DNA of 24,008 nt from Tubiluchus corallicola (lineage: Eukaryota; Animalia; Priapulida): NCBI GenBank assembly GCA_030141605.1, contig JAQGDQ010001826.1:1-24008 (forward strand), read 5' to 3'. The translations under genes and the position numbers were made by a program. Of the stretch, positions 1-11,617 are shown piece after piece. Under the pieces are notes generated by a model, which had not been told where the DNA came from, made no database searches, and worked only from the letters and a program-made list of their open reading frames with translations. Each line of letters starts with the position of its first letter. Position 1 is the stretch's first letter.

Positions 1-291
1 TATCACAGACGCATGATATTACAATAATGTGTTGTAGAATATCACAGACGCATGATGTTACAATAATGTGTTGTAGAATATCACAGACGCATGATATTAC
101 AATAATGTGTTGTAGAATATCACAGACGCATGATGTTACAATAATGTGTTGTAGAATATCACAGACGCATGATATTACAATAATGTGTTGTAGAATATCA
201 CAGTCGCATGATATTACAATAATGTGTTGTAGAATATCACAGTCGCATGATATTACAATAATGTGTTGTAGAATATCACAGTCGCATGATA
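1..291. repeat. 39-bp minisatellite, ~7.4 copies, truncated by the window start
   Basis: Unit TATCACAGACGCATGATRTTACAATAATGTGTTGTAGAA starts at 1, 40, 79, 118, 157, 196, 235 and 274. Confidence 0.97.
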
Positions 292-486
292 TCACATACC
301 CACAATTAATTTACTAACTTAAAATACAAGCAGCGTGAAAAAGGTGAAACCCCTCCTACAAATCCCAACTTTTTGCCTTAGTTTGTCTTGCAAGTTTGAT
401 GTCAAAATTCGATTAAACTTTGGTCTGTCACTTCACTGAAAATAAACTTCACATTACAATAATTAATCACTCATGAAATTCATTAA

Positions 487-929
487 CCCTTTCAGTCCCA
501 AATTATTTTTTAATAAGGAAAATTTTTTTGGCTTGGTACTTTTGTTCCCAATGTATCCTGTGGGATACACAACATTCTTTGTCATATGCAAAAAAACAAA
601 GTCCGACTTTTTTAAAGAACACAACAAAAGCAAAAAATGTGCTTCATTTTGCAACTGCTAATAATTCTTTAAAGTATTTAAGACATTTAGTGTGCACGCA
701 ATGCTGATCTGTACAAAGTCGTCTCTAAAGTGCTGTACCTTTTGCACAGTTTTTTATGCTATGTAGATTTTCTAGTTTGCCATTTTATCACCATTTTTAG
801 TCCATTGTTATTGGCTTAAATCAAAATAACTATTAACAGATCAAATAACAATGTCAATTTTTAAATTTTATTAATTTTAAAGGCAGAAAATATTCTTGTA
901 TCCCACGGGATACAACGGGTATGAAAGGG
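487..929. mobile_element. piggyBac-like non-autonomous element (MITE)
   Basis: TTAA at 483-486 and 930-933 flanks termini CCCTTTCA...TGAAAGGG. A subterminal palindrome TGTATCC(TGT/CAC)GGGATACA occurs near both ends (~552-569 and ~897-914). Confidence 0.75.
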
Positions 930-940
930 TTAAGCAATTA

Positions 941-1100
941 CAGTAAACCGCGTTTAACTCGACCTGTTATAACTCGATTACTTACATACCTCGAAATTTG
1001 TAACACGAATTGTCGCGTATCTCAAACCGAACTCCCGGTATGATGTATAAGAATCTAACCGAAAATGCCCTGCCTATCTCGAACAACTTCCCGCGCGAGA
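941..1100. mobile_element. Left end of a pogo/Tigger-like MITE; a degraded right end may lie near 2280-2325
   Basis: TA|CAGTAAACC start followed by repeated AACTCGA/CTCGAA subterminal motifs. No clean matching TIR was found. Confidence 0.4.
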
Positions 1101-1434
1101 AATCCCCGCACGGAAGTGTGCACCACATTACAATTTTGACTGCTAGTTTCAGAAAAAATGCTAAGAATTTTAGAATTACCTTAACAAAACGCCGAGCGCA
1201 ACATGGCTTAACGAACAACGTGGTTTAATAACTAGTCCACAATATTATTATTGCCGAATTCTGTTAGCCACACTGCTCAGAGTACAATAGAGGTGAACCA
1301 GTCGTTTTATTTTTGTTATTCATTAAAACTGTTTGATATTTAATTAAAAGCTCAATGAGAGACTCCATCTTGTTTTCTTGCAAACTTTGTCTATAATGTG
1401 TAATTTAATCTCTTCTCCCCCACTTAAATTTGGG

Positions 1435-1438
1435 TATA

Positions 1439-1472
<34 letters not shown>
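1435..1472. repeat. (TA)n microsatellite
   Basis: Directly visible TA run with one GTG interruption. Confidence 0.9.
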
Positions 1473-1473
<1 letters not shown>

Positions 1474-1635
1474 CATTGTAATACAAGTAAGTGGTGCATT
1501 GACAGATAATCACATAATTCATATTCGTAACTATTTAAAAAAAATTTTTTTCACTTTAAGGCTCACTCAAAGTCGTAATTACATATTATGTTTTCCTTTC
1601 TCAACTTTCAGGTTTATTGCTCTTATACCATTGCT

Positions 1636-2190
1636 ATTATTACATCATTTACTTCATCCTTATTTACATTAAGTTATCTACACAAGCATGCATAACTATA
1701 ATCATTTTTTCATTTATGTAAGGTGAGTGTGTTAATGAACGTATGGTCGTACACTCACCTCGCACTACTCAAATTATTACATCATTTACTTCATTCTTAT
1801 TTACATTAAGTTATTTACAGAAGCATGCATAACTATAATCATTTTTTCATTTAAGTAAAGTGAGTGTGTTAATGACCGTATGGTCGTACACTCACCTCGC
1901 ACTACTCAAATTATTACATCATTTACTTCATTCTTATTTACATTAAGTTATTTACACAAGCATGCATAACTATAATCATTTTTTCATTTAAGTAAGGCGA
2001 GTGTGTTAATGACCGTATGGTCGTACACTCACCTCGCACTACTCAAATTATTGCATCATTTTACTTCGTCCTTGTTTACATTAAGTTATCTACAGAAGCA
2101 TGCATAACTATAATCATTTTTTCATTTAAGTAAGGTGAGTGTGTTAATGACCGTATGGTCGTACACTCACCTCGCACTACTCAAATTATT
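1636..2190 (+). repeat. 137-bp tandem repeat, 4 copies, each with a stem-loop; probably an amplified LINE/SINE 3' UTR
   Basis: Copies start at 1636, 1773, 1910 and 2047. Hairpin AGGTGAGTGT...GACC-GTAT-GGTC...ACACTCACCT (e.g. 2133-2172). The array is followed by a T/G-rich stretch and GAAATAAA at ~2238. Confidence 0.9.
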
Positions 2191-2365
2191 TTATTTAAAG
2201 TTTATCAGTGTGTTTGATATTGTATTTTTTGATGTGTGAAATAAAATTCATAGTTCATAATCTAACTAGCATACTCACATAACTCAAAGAAATTTTCCCG
2301 TTCCGAGATGACTGAGTTGTACTACAGTTCTCTCTTTGACTAATTCATTAAATATATTTTTTTAG

Positions 2366-2559
2366 ATAAAGTTCACAGACTACTTGCGCCCATCATGCGA
2401 TTCTTGTATCAAGTAGCTGACCGTGCGTATTACTATGATGACCTTGAAGATCAAGATGAGGGCTACAGTTTGCTAAGTGACGACATGACGAGTATGATCT
2501 CACGCGTTATACACGTCATGGCTGTCATGGTTAATAAACATTCAGACCAAGCAGAACAG
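2366..2559 (+). CDS. NCAPG2: Condensin-2 complex subunit G2, internal exon (phase 1 in, phase 0 out)
   Basis: Acceptor ttttttag at 2365 and donor CAG|gttgtg at 2560. Encodes KVHRLLAPIMRFLYQVADRAYYYDDLEDQDEGYSLLSDDMTSMISRVIHVMAVMVNKHSDQAEQ and joins the next exon in frame. Upstream exons lie outside the window. Confidence 0.75.
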
Positions 2560-2810
2560 GTTGTGTACCAATTTTTCTCTGTTGCAATTTCGAATATATT
2601 TATTTACTTCTGTTATTTTTTGCTGTAAAATGTCTTCTTTGCTGGACTCTGTCAATTGATTGGCCGACTTTGCACAAAAGTAACCTCTTGCCTTACCTGT
2701 TAACTGGCTACTGATCATGCTTGATGCAGTTTGTATGAAATACTGTGAACACTATGGACACTTTAGATGTTGATCACCTAGTTCGTAATTATCTTTTCCT
2801 TATATTACGC

Positions 2811-3178
2811 TTCAAAGACAGCGCTTCAAATACAGCTTCAAAGACAGCCTGAAGGCCTCACTCAAGGAGCTCAGCATGGATATCCGCTCAATGGCAACCC
2901 TTGCACAAGATCGCTCAGCATGGCGGAGTGCCATCACCACAGGGGCTAAGACAGCAGGGGCGTAAAGAATTGAGGAGGCAGAGGAGAAGTGCAGGAGACG
3001 CAAGGCATGTGACACTGTCCAACAACAGGTCCAAACACCCAGCCTCATCTGTGCCAAATGCCAAAGAAGTTTCCTGGCCAGAATTGGCCTAGTCAGTCAC
3101 CTTCGAGCTCATCAAAGGAATGACAACCCCCCAAACTGACCTTTTATCCCTGTCACTATGGTCATAAGGACGAACATC
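2811..3178 (+). mobile_element. 5'-truncated RTE-clade LINE (ORF C-terminus with C2H2 zinc finger), degenerate
   Basis: Translates as FKDSLKASLKELSMD...LAQDRSAWRSAITTG...*...CAKCQR/frameshift/FLARIGLVSHLRAH. 3' end GGACGAACATC. 9-bp TSD ATATTACGC at 2802-2810 and 3179-3187. Confidence 0.88.
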
Positions 3179-3337
3179 ATATTACGCAATTATGCACTGA
3201 CTGTAACTACAATTTCTTTCTCTTTTTGTATAAAATTCTTTTCAGAAACTGTTTATTGTATAACAGAAAACATCAGTGAAAATTGAAACAGTTGTGTGAT
3301 CGTAAACATTATTTTTTAACGTAATTTTTTTCTGCAG

Positions 3338-3487
3338 GTCCTGTCTGCTGTCAAACAACCTTTTACCGAAGTCATTATTTTTTATTATCGCCGTGCCGAC
3401 AACGTCAATGACACTTTGAACAGTGATGTCATGTCTACCCTGATGACAGCAGTAGTGGCTGAAATTACTCATCTTGTAAAATTAAAG
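3338..3487 (+). CDS. NCAPG2: NCAPG2 internal exon (150 nt, phase 0/0), absent from the ORF track
   Basis: Acceptor ttttctgcag, donor AAG|gtactg. Encodes VLSAVKQPFTEVIIFYYRRADNVNDTLNSDVMSTLMTAVVAEITHLVKLK, which resembles human NCAPG2 VLSTLIAGPVVEISH as I recall it. Confidence 0.82.
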
Positions 3488-3676
3488 GTACTGTGTCACG
3501 TACGTGTTGTGCCATTTGCAACACAGACAGTTACTAGTCATGTTTACAAATTATATGTTGTCCACAGTAGCAGAACGTGCAACTAACTGTGGCTTGCGCA
3601 AGTTCATTTCAGTCTGTTTTGGCTAAAATAGTAAAAAATAAGTAAATTGCGAATGGCGAAATAGAGTTTCAGTTAA

Positions 3677-4031
3677 AGGAAGACAGGATGATTTTCCACA
3701 CTACCCCATTTTGAAATCCGTTAAAAGTACACATTTTAACACCCATAATACTGCAAAAGCGTTTCTGATAATTATATAATAGATTAAAATTTAATCAATG
3801 GCATGCGAGCCCAACTATTAATGACATCACAAACTAACACATCTGAACTGAGAGATACAACACCAGTTTTTTGTGCATTGCGTTTCCGAAATGCAGGTGC
3901 TAGTGCCCATCTAATTAGCAAATGGCGAAATGCATGTAACAGCGAAGAACTAGTGGTGCAAATGTGAAATTGTGTTTGTGTCGTAATAATTCTTTCACGT
4001 AAGTCATTTTTGAAAAAATAGTATGTTTCCT
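3677..4031. mobile_element. Possible decayed Kolobok-like non-autonomous element
   Basis: TTAA|AGGAAGAC on the left and GTTTCCT|TTCA on the right. Both TIR and TSD are imperfect. Confidence 0.25.
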
Positions 4032-4179
4032 TTCAATATTTTAGAGAGTAGATTGTTTTAACCAACAGTTTGAGATTGGATCCGGGTTTGCTTTAATATT
4101 ACTGGCTTATCTTTCGCTTGATTTATTTGCTTGGTTATTCAAATTTTGATTAATTTTTACTACCTACTACGACAGTAAT

Positions 4180-4390
4180 CAGATTAGATTTAGATTTAAT
4201 ATTTTATTTCAAACTTTGCAAAGTTCATATACACATCACAAATTAATACAAATAATACAATAAATCATGACACAACAAGAACACAAATAACAATTAATGA
4301 TATAACAAACTACACCAATGACGTCTAATTACAGAAGTAAAGTTTACATCACTGTTTAAAATGTTCTTGCATTTAAAATTTTCACTGTTA
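4180..4390 (-). mobile_element. Possible LINE 3'-end remnant
   Basis: Minus-strand AATAAA followed by short (AAATCT)n repeats and preceded by a T/G-rich tract. No coding remnant recognised. Confidence 0.3.
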
Positions 4391-4853
4391 TTCAGCCTGA
4401 CGTATAAACTGTATGCTCATTTTCTGTGAATAACATCAAAATAAATAATATTAAGTCTAGTAGAAATATATCTAGTGCTCGTATCATATGAAAAGTTATA
4501 TCAGAGAGTGGTAGGGCGTTTGTCTGCCTGTCTGTCTGTTTTATCGTAAATTTTAGCAAAAGTCCTTGTTCTTATATAAGTAAAGCATGCATTTAGAAAA
4601 TTTTGTAATTTTTAATACTTTCATAATAGTGTAATCTAGATTTATTCTAGTGAATGAAGTCTGTTATTGTGGACCTTTTAATATACACATATATTAACAT
4701 TATATATATATATATATATATACATTATATATACATATAACTATTTAACAGATAGTTAAATGTGAATCAATTCTCCATGCAATTTATTTTTATTTCATGT
4801 TTGGTTATTTACCTTTTTTAAATATATATTTCTTTATGCTGTTTACTTTCTAG

Positions 4854-5043
4854 AGTGAAACTTTGGATAGATTTGCCACAATAAATGACCTACCTCCCTT
4901 AACGCGATTCCTTTTCGGAGTGACCACTCGACGGAGACTGTTTATGGACGCTTTTTTGTCCGAGTTGAAACAATGTGTAAACGTTGTCAACACGTTGTCT
5001 CACTGCTATGCCATTGCGCTATTGTTGGACGTCTTGCACACAG
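4854..5043 (+). CDS. NCAPG2: NCAPG2 penultimate exon (phase 0 in, phase 1 out)
   Basis: Acceptor tttctag, donor ACAG|gtacgt. Encodes SETLDRFATINDLPPLTRFLFGVTTRRRLFMDAFLSELKQCVNVVNTLSHCYAIALLLDVLHT. The DLPP and FLxELKxCV motifs match the recalled human NCAPG2 C-terminus (SDLPPFSRCLIG...SFLDELKACV). Confidence 0.85.
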
Positions 5044-5073
5044 GTACGTGTCATAATTAACAAAGTTTAAGCA

Positions 5074-5215
5074 CAGTAGGCGCCGCTTAATAGACTCACG
5101 GTTAATAGACTCAATCGCTTAATTGACTCATAAACGCCCGGAACGGGCCGCTTCTATTCAAATGTACATATAAACTGTCGGTAATTGACTCAAATAACTT
5201 CGCTTAATTGACTGA
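5074..5215. mobile_element. Left end of a pogo/Tigger-like MITE
   Basis: CAGTAGGCGCCGCTTAAT start, five TAATWGACT(C) motifs and CCCGGAAC. No partner TIR found. Confidence 0.5.
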
Positions 5216-5712
5216 ATATTTTTTCTTCACATACTTAAAATAAGACATTTGTATGTGCATAAAGAGCCTTTCCTACTTTTATGTCATCTTTACTTCCCTT
5301 TTGTGCACTATATATGTAGAAACAATCATGTTAAGTACCGTTTTGTTTGTGAGCAGGTACGTTTTGATTTTGCACATTTTGCTAAACATCTATGTGAGGC
5401 ATGCGGTAAACAAAATGTTTTTATATCAATTTTAGAGAGTAGATTATATGACCTTTCAAAACTACAGCGGTTGCTATGGTGTGCAAGGTCTTAATTTGGC
5501 GGTTGCTAGGGTGTAAACATAACCATTTCTTTCAAAACAGACAAAGTACATATTATTTGACAGTTTTGAGGACAAACAGATAAACATACAGAAAACATAA
5601 AGCTAGAGTTTTTGACACTGCCACATTTTGGCTCAGCAGGGGCAGGCATCTACAAGGAATGTGTCAAACATTGTGTAGGATATTCAGATAAAGCTTATGC
5701 AGAGGCAGTTTG

Positions 5713-6215
5713 ACATGGTTTATTAAAACATCGAGCATCGTTGACAAATTACTTAATTTTCTTTATTTTGTCAAAACCTTTTGTCCTTCATCTTAGATTA
5801 TTGGTGTGTAGTAACATGGTTTATTAAAACATCGAGCATCGTTGACAAATTACTTAATTTTCTTTATTTTGTCAAAACCTTTTGTCCTTCATCTTAGATT
5901 TTTGGTGTGTGGTAACATGGTTTATTAAAACATCGAGCATCGTTGACAAATTACTTAATTTTCTTTATTTTGCCAAAACTTTTTGTGCTTCATCTTAGAT
6001 TATTGGTGCTAGTAACATGGTTTATTAAAACATCGAGCATCGTTGACAAATTACTTAATTTTCTTTATTTTGCCAAAACCTTTTGTCCTTCATCTTAGAT
6101 TATTGGTGCTAGTAACATGGTTTATTAAAACATTGAGCATCATTGACAAATTACTTAATTTTCTTTATTTTACCAAAACCTTTTGTCCTTCATCTTAGAT
6201 TATTGGTAGTAACAT
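5713..6215. repeat. 100-101-bp minisatellite, 5 copies
   Basis: Unit ACATGGTTTATTAAAACATCGAGC...TTGGTG(TG/C)TAGTA starts at 5713, 5814, 5915, 6015 and 6115. Confidence 0.96.
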
Positions 6216-6709
6216 TTGCATTTAATGCATGTCAAACTGAATGACCAAGGCCAAAATTTTTTTCAAGCATCTGGGGTCGACCAAAGGGCATCTAACGGAA
6301 ATGTCGCATTGTTTATATTGTATGGTACCACTCAGTGTACTTACTAACCAGGTAATTAGGTTAATAGCTTCGTGCATAATTTACATACTTTATATACATA
6401 GTCAGATGCCTGTACTCAGCCTTGCAATTTTCTACGAAAGGTAGATCGGCAAAGTTGATTATGATTGCAGTACTTTGAAAGCAGTATATAACGTAATGTC
6501 GGTAGTGACCAAAAGTACACTGTTTCTTATTAACTACCATTTTTTGACAGTAGTCAATCTACACGTGGTTGTTTCAGCTCTCATTAAAAGTCACTTTCTT
6601 GTATTCACCTCTAGAAATTTTATTACAGAAGTTTAATAGGTTTTTTGTCCAACCGTTAAACAGATCATCGTGTTGAAAAATGTAGTTTATTCATTTGGCT
6701 ACCGCTTAC

Positions 6710-7226
6710 CAGTGGCGCCTCGTGTATAGGTACTGTGGAACTGCAGCACCCCCTATTTTCACTCGATATTATCGAAGTCTTATTTCTTTAGTTCTTTCTT
6801 TATACTTGTACGGAACCAGAGCACGCGAGGGTAATACTGTTTGCGTCACAACCCAGCACAGTGTGCTTCACAGCTCCAGCAACACGGTGTTTGGCTGTTG
6901 TGCGCATGCGGCCATGTGCACACGTCTGAGCCCAAGTAGAAGAAGTACTGTCGCTCACACAGTTGTTGTCTGTTGTCACGCTCTTACTGTGAATGGATCA
7001 AGCTTGAACTGCGTCAATTTAGACTGTTAATAAGCAAAAAATGTTTTTTTTTGTTTAGGATTTTGTCGGGTTTTTGTATAAACTTTCTTACGTTTGTTTG
7101 TTTAAAATTACAATTACAACATTAAAATTACATGCATTTGTTTCATTTTACACAGTATTAAAACAATGGCTAAAAATTTTCTGAAGCAACCCGTCCCCCA
7201 CTAATTATAACTATGAGCCACCACTG
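6710..7226. mobile_element. hAT-like MITE with a 5-bp TSD
   Basis: Imperfect TIRs CAGTGGCGCCTCGT / ATGAGCCACCACTG, flanked by CTTAC at 6705-6709 and 7227-7231. Confidence 0.65.
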
Positions 7227-7482
7227 CTTACCTGTCATCATGCGTTGTTGACAGGGTACATCTAAGTATTACTTGTATGTGCTGCATGTATTGGGAAAGA
7301 AAATCAAATTTAAAGTCGGGTTTTTTAGAGAAATTCTATGTGGCTTATAGGCTGAAGCGAAGCAACTAAGTGAGAATACAGAAATTACTGTTTTACACAA
7401 TGTTTGACAGAAGTATGCACTGTAAAATTTCCATTCTAGTTCATCCTGTGATTGCTTAACCAGTGAAACAAACAGGTTAATC

Positions 7483-7979
7483 GAGGGGTGTGCAAATTGT
7501 GGCCCGCGGGCCACTGCCTGCTGAGAGGATTTGTGTGGCCCGCGAAGAGATTTGTCAACCTAATGAAAGTGCGGCCCGGGCGATTAATTGAGTGTATCCA
7601 GCTGAAGTCTGTGCCACGATCCCAAAGATAGTGCAGGTAGTTTTTTCTACTAGATCGGATGCCATTAACCCTTACAAGATGGTTGTAGCTTAATGTCACT
7701 GTATTACACAGACTGTGTGATACACATTACTAATATGCATTGTAATGAAATTACCACTATCTGTCCTGAAAGTAGAAATATATGGTTTGTAATATAAATT
7801 TTAATAACTTCTAAAATAGTTTCTTTAGTGTAGTAGTAATGATGTACGCAGGACGGATGCAAAAAAAATCGTTATTAGGCCTTTCTGTACTTGGCTCCTT
7901 GACCAAACTGCCTGTGGTCCACAAGAATTGCAGGAAAGTTTAATGTGGCCCGGCTAGTCAGATAATTTGCACACCCCTG
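7483..7979. mobile_element. hAT-Charlie-like MITE
   Basis: TIRs (G)AGGGGTGTGCAAATT / AATTTGCACACCCCTG with repeated GTGGCCCG subterminal motifs. Flanks are GGTTAATC and GATTAACC. Confidence 0.85.
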
Positions 7980-8102
7980 GATTAACCAAATGTTTAAATT
8001 TTGTCTCTGTGTACGTACACAGTTTGATACTTGCCATTCTTCCCATGGTAACAAAAACCTCGCAGTAACTGCGCGCGAGTGAAATAATTTTAAGATCAAT
8101 CA

Positions 8103-8790
8103 CTTTATTGCCAACAGATTAAAACATGGCAACAAAATCGTAGACAATTGGATTTGTTTGTTACAACAAAGCGTACAACTACTGCTGTAAAGTGCAACCA
8201 TGGTGATATTGTTACTAACACGCAAGGTGTGTGTAGTTTCACATAATCAGCATTACTTGAATTTATAATAAGGATCAATATTGTTCTGTGTAACTGTGGT
8301 GGCATTGCTTAACACTCTCACTAATCAGCACTAAGCATCAGTATCTGCAAAAATCTGTTTCTTGTGGTTTTAACAGAAAATTGCTGTATTTTAAACACAA
8401 CAATTCAGTCAGTCCAATATAATATTACACGTCGTATTTTTTATCTGTTGAGTAGTCTGAGCTGTACAAAATAACAAAAACAAAATATACTAGTTTAGTA
8501 AGGTCTAGGAAAAATGAAATTATGATTTGAGTAAGTATCATTGTGTTCGTATGTCGGATATTCAAAACGAGTCATTAAATGTTTTTTTAATTTAGACTTG
8601 AATATTGATAAAGAGCTGCTGTGTTTTAGTGATGTCAGTAATGAATTCCAAAGTTGTATTGCTTGCTTAGTAATGGAATTCTTTCCATATTGGTTGTTCG
8701 TTCTAATGTTTCTTAAATTTAGTGTTCTGTTATTCATACTGGGGTTATTAAGAAGTGGGAGCTTATTGTTTTTGAAACGAAAATTAATAT
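8103..8790 (-). mobile_element. 5'-truncated CR1/L2-group LINE (end of ORF2 plus 3' UTR)
   Basis: ORF 8737..8495 reads RTNNQYGKNSITKQAIQLWNSLLTSLKHSSSLSIFKSKLKKHL, the WNxL...FKxKLK signature of CR1/L2 ORF2 ends. Minus-strand AATAAA at 8104-8109. Confidence 0.8.
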
Positions 8791-9257
8791 TGTTGATATA
8801 TCTAGCATTAAAACAGTCACTGATTGTGGAATCAAAGCTTGTAAAACAGCTAAACTGTGTAGAAAAAACTAAGGATACGTATTCGTAAAGTTTGGCATAT
8901 TTACATTATTCATGGCAATATCGAGAAAAATCAATTGAGTAAAGGAAATAAGGCCACGGGAATGTGTGAATATTAAATGTTGTTACCGGGTTATGACGTC
9001 ACCTGCTGTTGCTTAGCCGTTAGCTCTGTTTCTAGAGTTGTATACTTGGATACGACGCGTGATTGTTGAATTATTCATACATTTAATAAGCATCCTAAAC
9101 CTCGTGCATAAGAAATGTGCACTACTTGTTCTGTAACAAGAACAAACGAGCACCACAATAATCAGATGAGGGAGAACGGATCTACAGAATGCAAGAAAAC
9201 TGACCCGAATGCCAAAACTTCTTTTATTGTCCCCCCCCTCCCGTCTGCTCACAGTTG

Positions 9258-9409
9258 AATGTTGCCATTATACTTGCTTCTTGGCATACAGCAACTCTTT
9301 TATTTGGTTAATTTGACTTCATCAACGTTTTTTTTACCTATACTGTTTCTTTTTGTTTCAATAATATTGTATGTTGATGTATTGTATATGTGTTGCTGGA
9401 GTGAAATAA

Positions 9410-9460
<51 letters not shown>

Positions 9461-9484
9461 CATTGATTGATTCATTGATTGATT
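9258..9484 (+). mobile_element. LINE/SINE 3' end with an (ATTG)n microsatellite tail
   Basis: T/G-rich tract, then GAAATAAA immediately followed by ~18 ATTG units (9410-9484), an L2-type tail organisation. Confidence 0.6.
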
Positions 9485-10436
9485 CTTTGCCTTCAGTAAT
9501 TTTCCTTTTGTCCCTTTATGATGAGAATTGATGAATACATTTTGTACCAATCATTAAATATGTCCCCACTTAAGCACATGCCTCTTTCCAGCCTTAGCTT
9601 TGTGCAATGCTTACGTTTGATTTCCTGGTTCTAGTAGCCCCCGGGGAAACCTAGCTGTTTCCGTTTTGCTCTCACTTTCGTACACAGTTTTCACTCTTTT
9701 TTATTATTTATTTTTGCCTCTTTGCATTCGTTGCATTTCATTTTTCCTCTTCTGTCCTGAATTGTCCCCCTTTCTTATGTCTCTGTGCCTTGATTGTTGT
9801 TCATATCTGGCACTTTATTGCAAGGCTTCCAAGTATGTTAGTTTAACCATTCTTAAGTTGCATTTGTCTTTTGTGTTAAAAACTATTCATCAACGTCCGA
9901 TAGTGAAACAGTGGCGTATACATTGAAATAAAGTGTGCCTAGGTCCACGTGTTTTTGAGTAATAAAATCAGTGGCTTGTATTCTTTTTTTCTTCTGTCGA
10001 ACAGTGGCTCCATCTGGCACATGGTTTAGTTAAGCTGATATTGTGCAATAATGTTTTGACTCGATTGCAGACATGGCACTGGTATAATGTTTCCACAAAT
10101 TTATTTTACTTAACTCTTTATACATACCCAAAATAACATTCTTTGAACAAAGTGTGTTTATTCACATATATCATCACTGCAAAATCAAAGTCAAAAGCTT
10201 AGGGAACATTTTTAAGTTATAACCACAGTAAAATTATAACGAGTACTTTCCACTGCCAGTACTTACATGAACTATAAATTATCAAACTCATACTTATAAA
10301 CGTGAAAAAGGTTAGAATATTGGTTCTTCATACATTTCGTAATACAACCTAAGCTACTGTATTTAGAGGCATGCTACTAAATAAATAGTTCACAACAAAC
10401 TTACGGCATTTCTATAAAGCAGAAATGAGTTAATGG

Positions 10437-10696
10437 GACAATGGCTTCCTTCAAATTTTATCTTTCCAATTGAAAACTTGCAGTTGATGAGTATGATTAT
10501 CGACAATGGCTTCCTTCAAATTTTATCTTTCCAATTGAAAACTTGCAGTTGATGAGTACGATTATCGACAATGGCTTCCTTCAAATTTTATCTTTTAAAT
10601 TGAAAACTTGCAGTTGATGAGTACGATTATCGACAATGGCTTCCTTCAAATTTTATCTTTTAAATTGAAAACTTGCAGTTGATAAGTACGATTATC
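10437..10696. repeat. 65-bp minisatellite, 4 copies
   Basis: GACAATGGCTTCC...GATTATC starts at 10437, 10502, 10567 and 10632. Confidence 0.96.
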
Positions 10697-10839
10697 TTTC
10701 ACAGACGAGCGAAAATAATTTATTTTATTTGACTTGTTTAGTATGTAAACCTGAACTATTTTCCTTTTACTATGTTGGATTTATACCAAATTATATACCT
10801 AAAATACCTAAATACAAATACCTGAATACCTAAAACAAA

Positions 10840-10987
10840 AATATCACAGACAAAGTTATCACTCCAGATACGTGCACAGTAAGCTGCCAAAGTGTCTGTT
10901 CCAAACCAATATATAATAAAATCGTAACTTAGGCATTGGTATCAGAATAATATGATATAAACAGTACAGATAATTGCAAAGGAACGA
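10840..10987. repeat. 148-bp direct repeat, copy 1
   Basis: AATATCACAGACAAAG...GCAAAGGAACGA, near-identical to 11618-11765. Confidence 0.93.
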
Positions 10988-11609
10988 AAACAATGTGACG
11001 ATGTCGAAACAACTTAAAAGCCATGAAAACAATAGGAGAAACAATGTGACAACGTCGAAACAACTTAAAAGCCATGAAAACAATAGGAGAAACAATGTGA
11101 CGATGTCGAAACAACTTAAAAGCCATGAAAACAATAGGAGAAACAATGTGACGATGTCGAAACAACTTAAAAGCCATGAAAACAATAGGAGAAACAATGT
11201 GTCGATGTCGAAACAACTTAAAAGCCATGAAAACAATAGGAGAAACATTGTGACGATGTCGAAACAACTTAAAAGCCATGAAAACAATAGGAGAAACAAT
11301 GTGACGATGTCGAAACAACTTAAAAGCCATGAAAACAATAGGAGAAACATTGTGACGATGTCGAAACAACTTAAAAGCCATGAAAACAATAGGAGAAACA
11401 TTGTGACGATGTCGAAACAACTTAAAAGCCATGAAAACAATAGGAGAAACAATGTGACGATGTCAAAACAACTTAAAAGCCATGAAAACAATAGGAGAAA
11501 CAATGTGACAACGTCGAAACAACTTAAAAGCCATGAAAACAATAGGAGAAACAATGTGACGGTGTCGAAACAACTTAAAAGCCATGAAAACAATAGAAAA
11601 ACAATGTGA
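10988..11609. repeat. 51-bp minisatellite, 12 copies plus a partial copy
   Basis: Unit AAACAATGTGACGATGTCGAAACAACTTAAAAGCCATGAAAACAATAGGAG. Confidence 0.97.
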
Positions 11610-11617
11610 TTTACAGT

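Noticed and set aside
27-317. Cys-rich repeat ORF (MCCRISQTHD...)
   Set aside because: Translation of the 39-bp minisatellite with no gene context.
9910-9921. CAGTGGCGTATA, resembling a hAT terminus
   Set aside because: No partner TIR or TSD found.
10840-10851. AATATCACAGAC shared between the 148-bp repeat and the 39-bp array at 1-291
   Set aside because: Only 12 bp in AT-rich DNA with no extension; probably chance.
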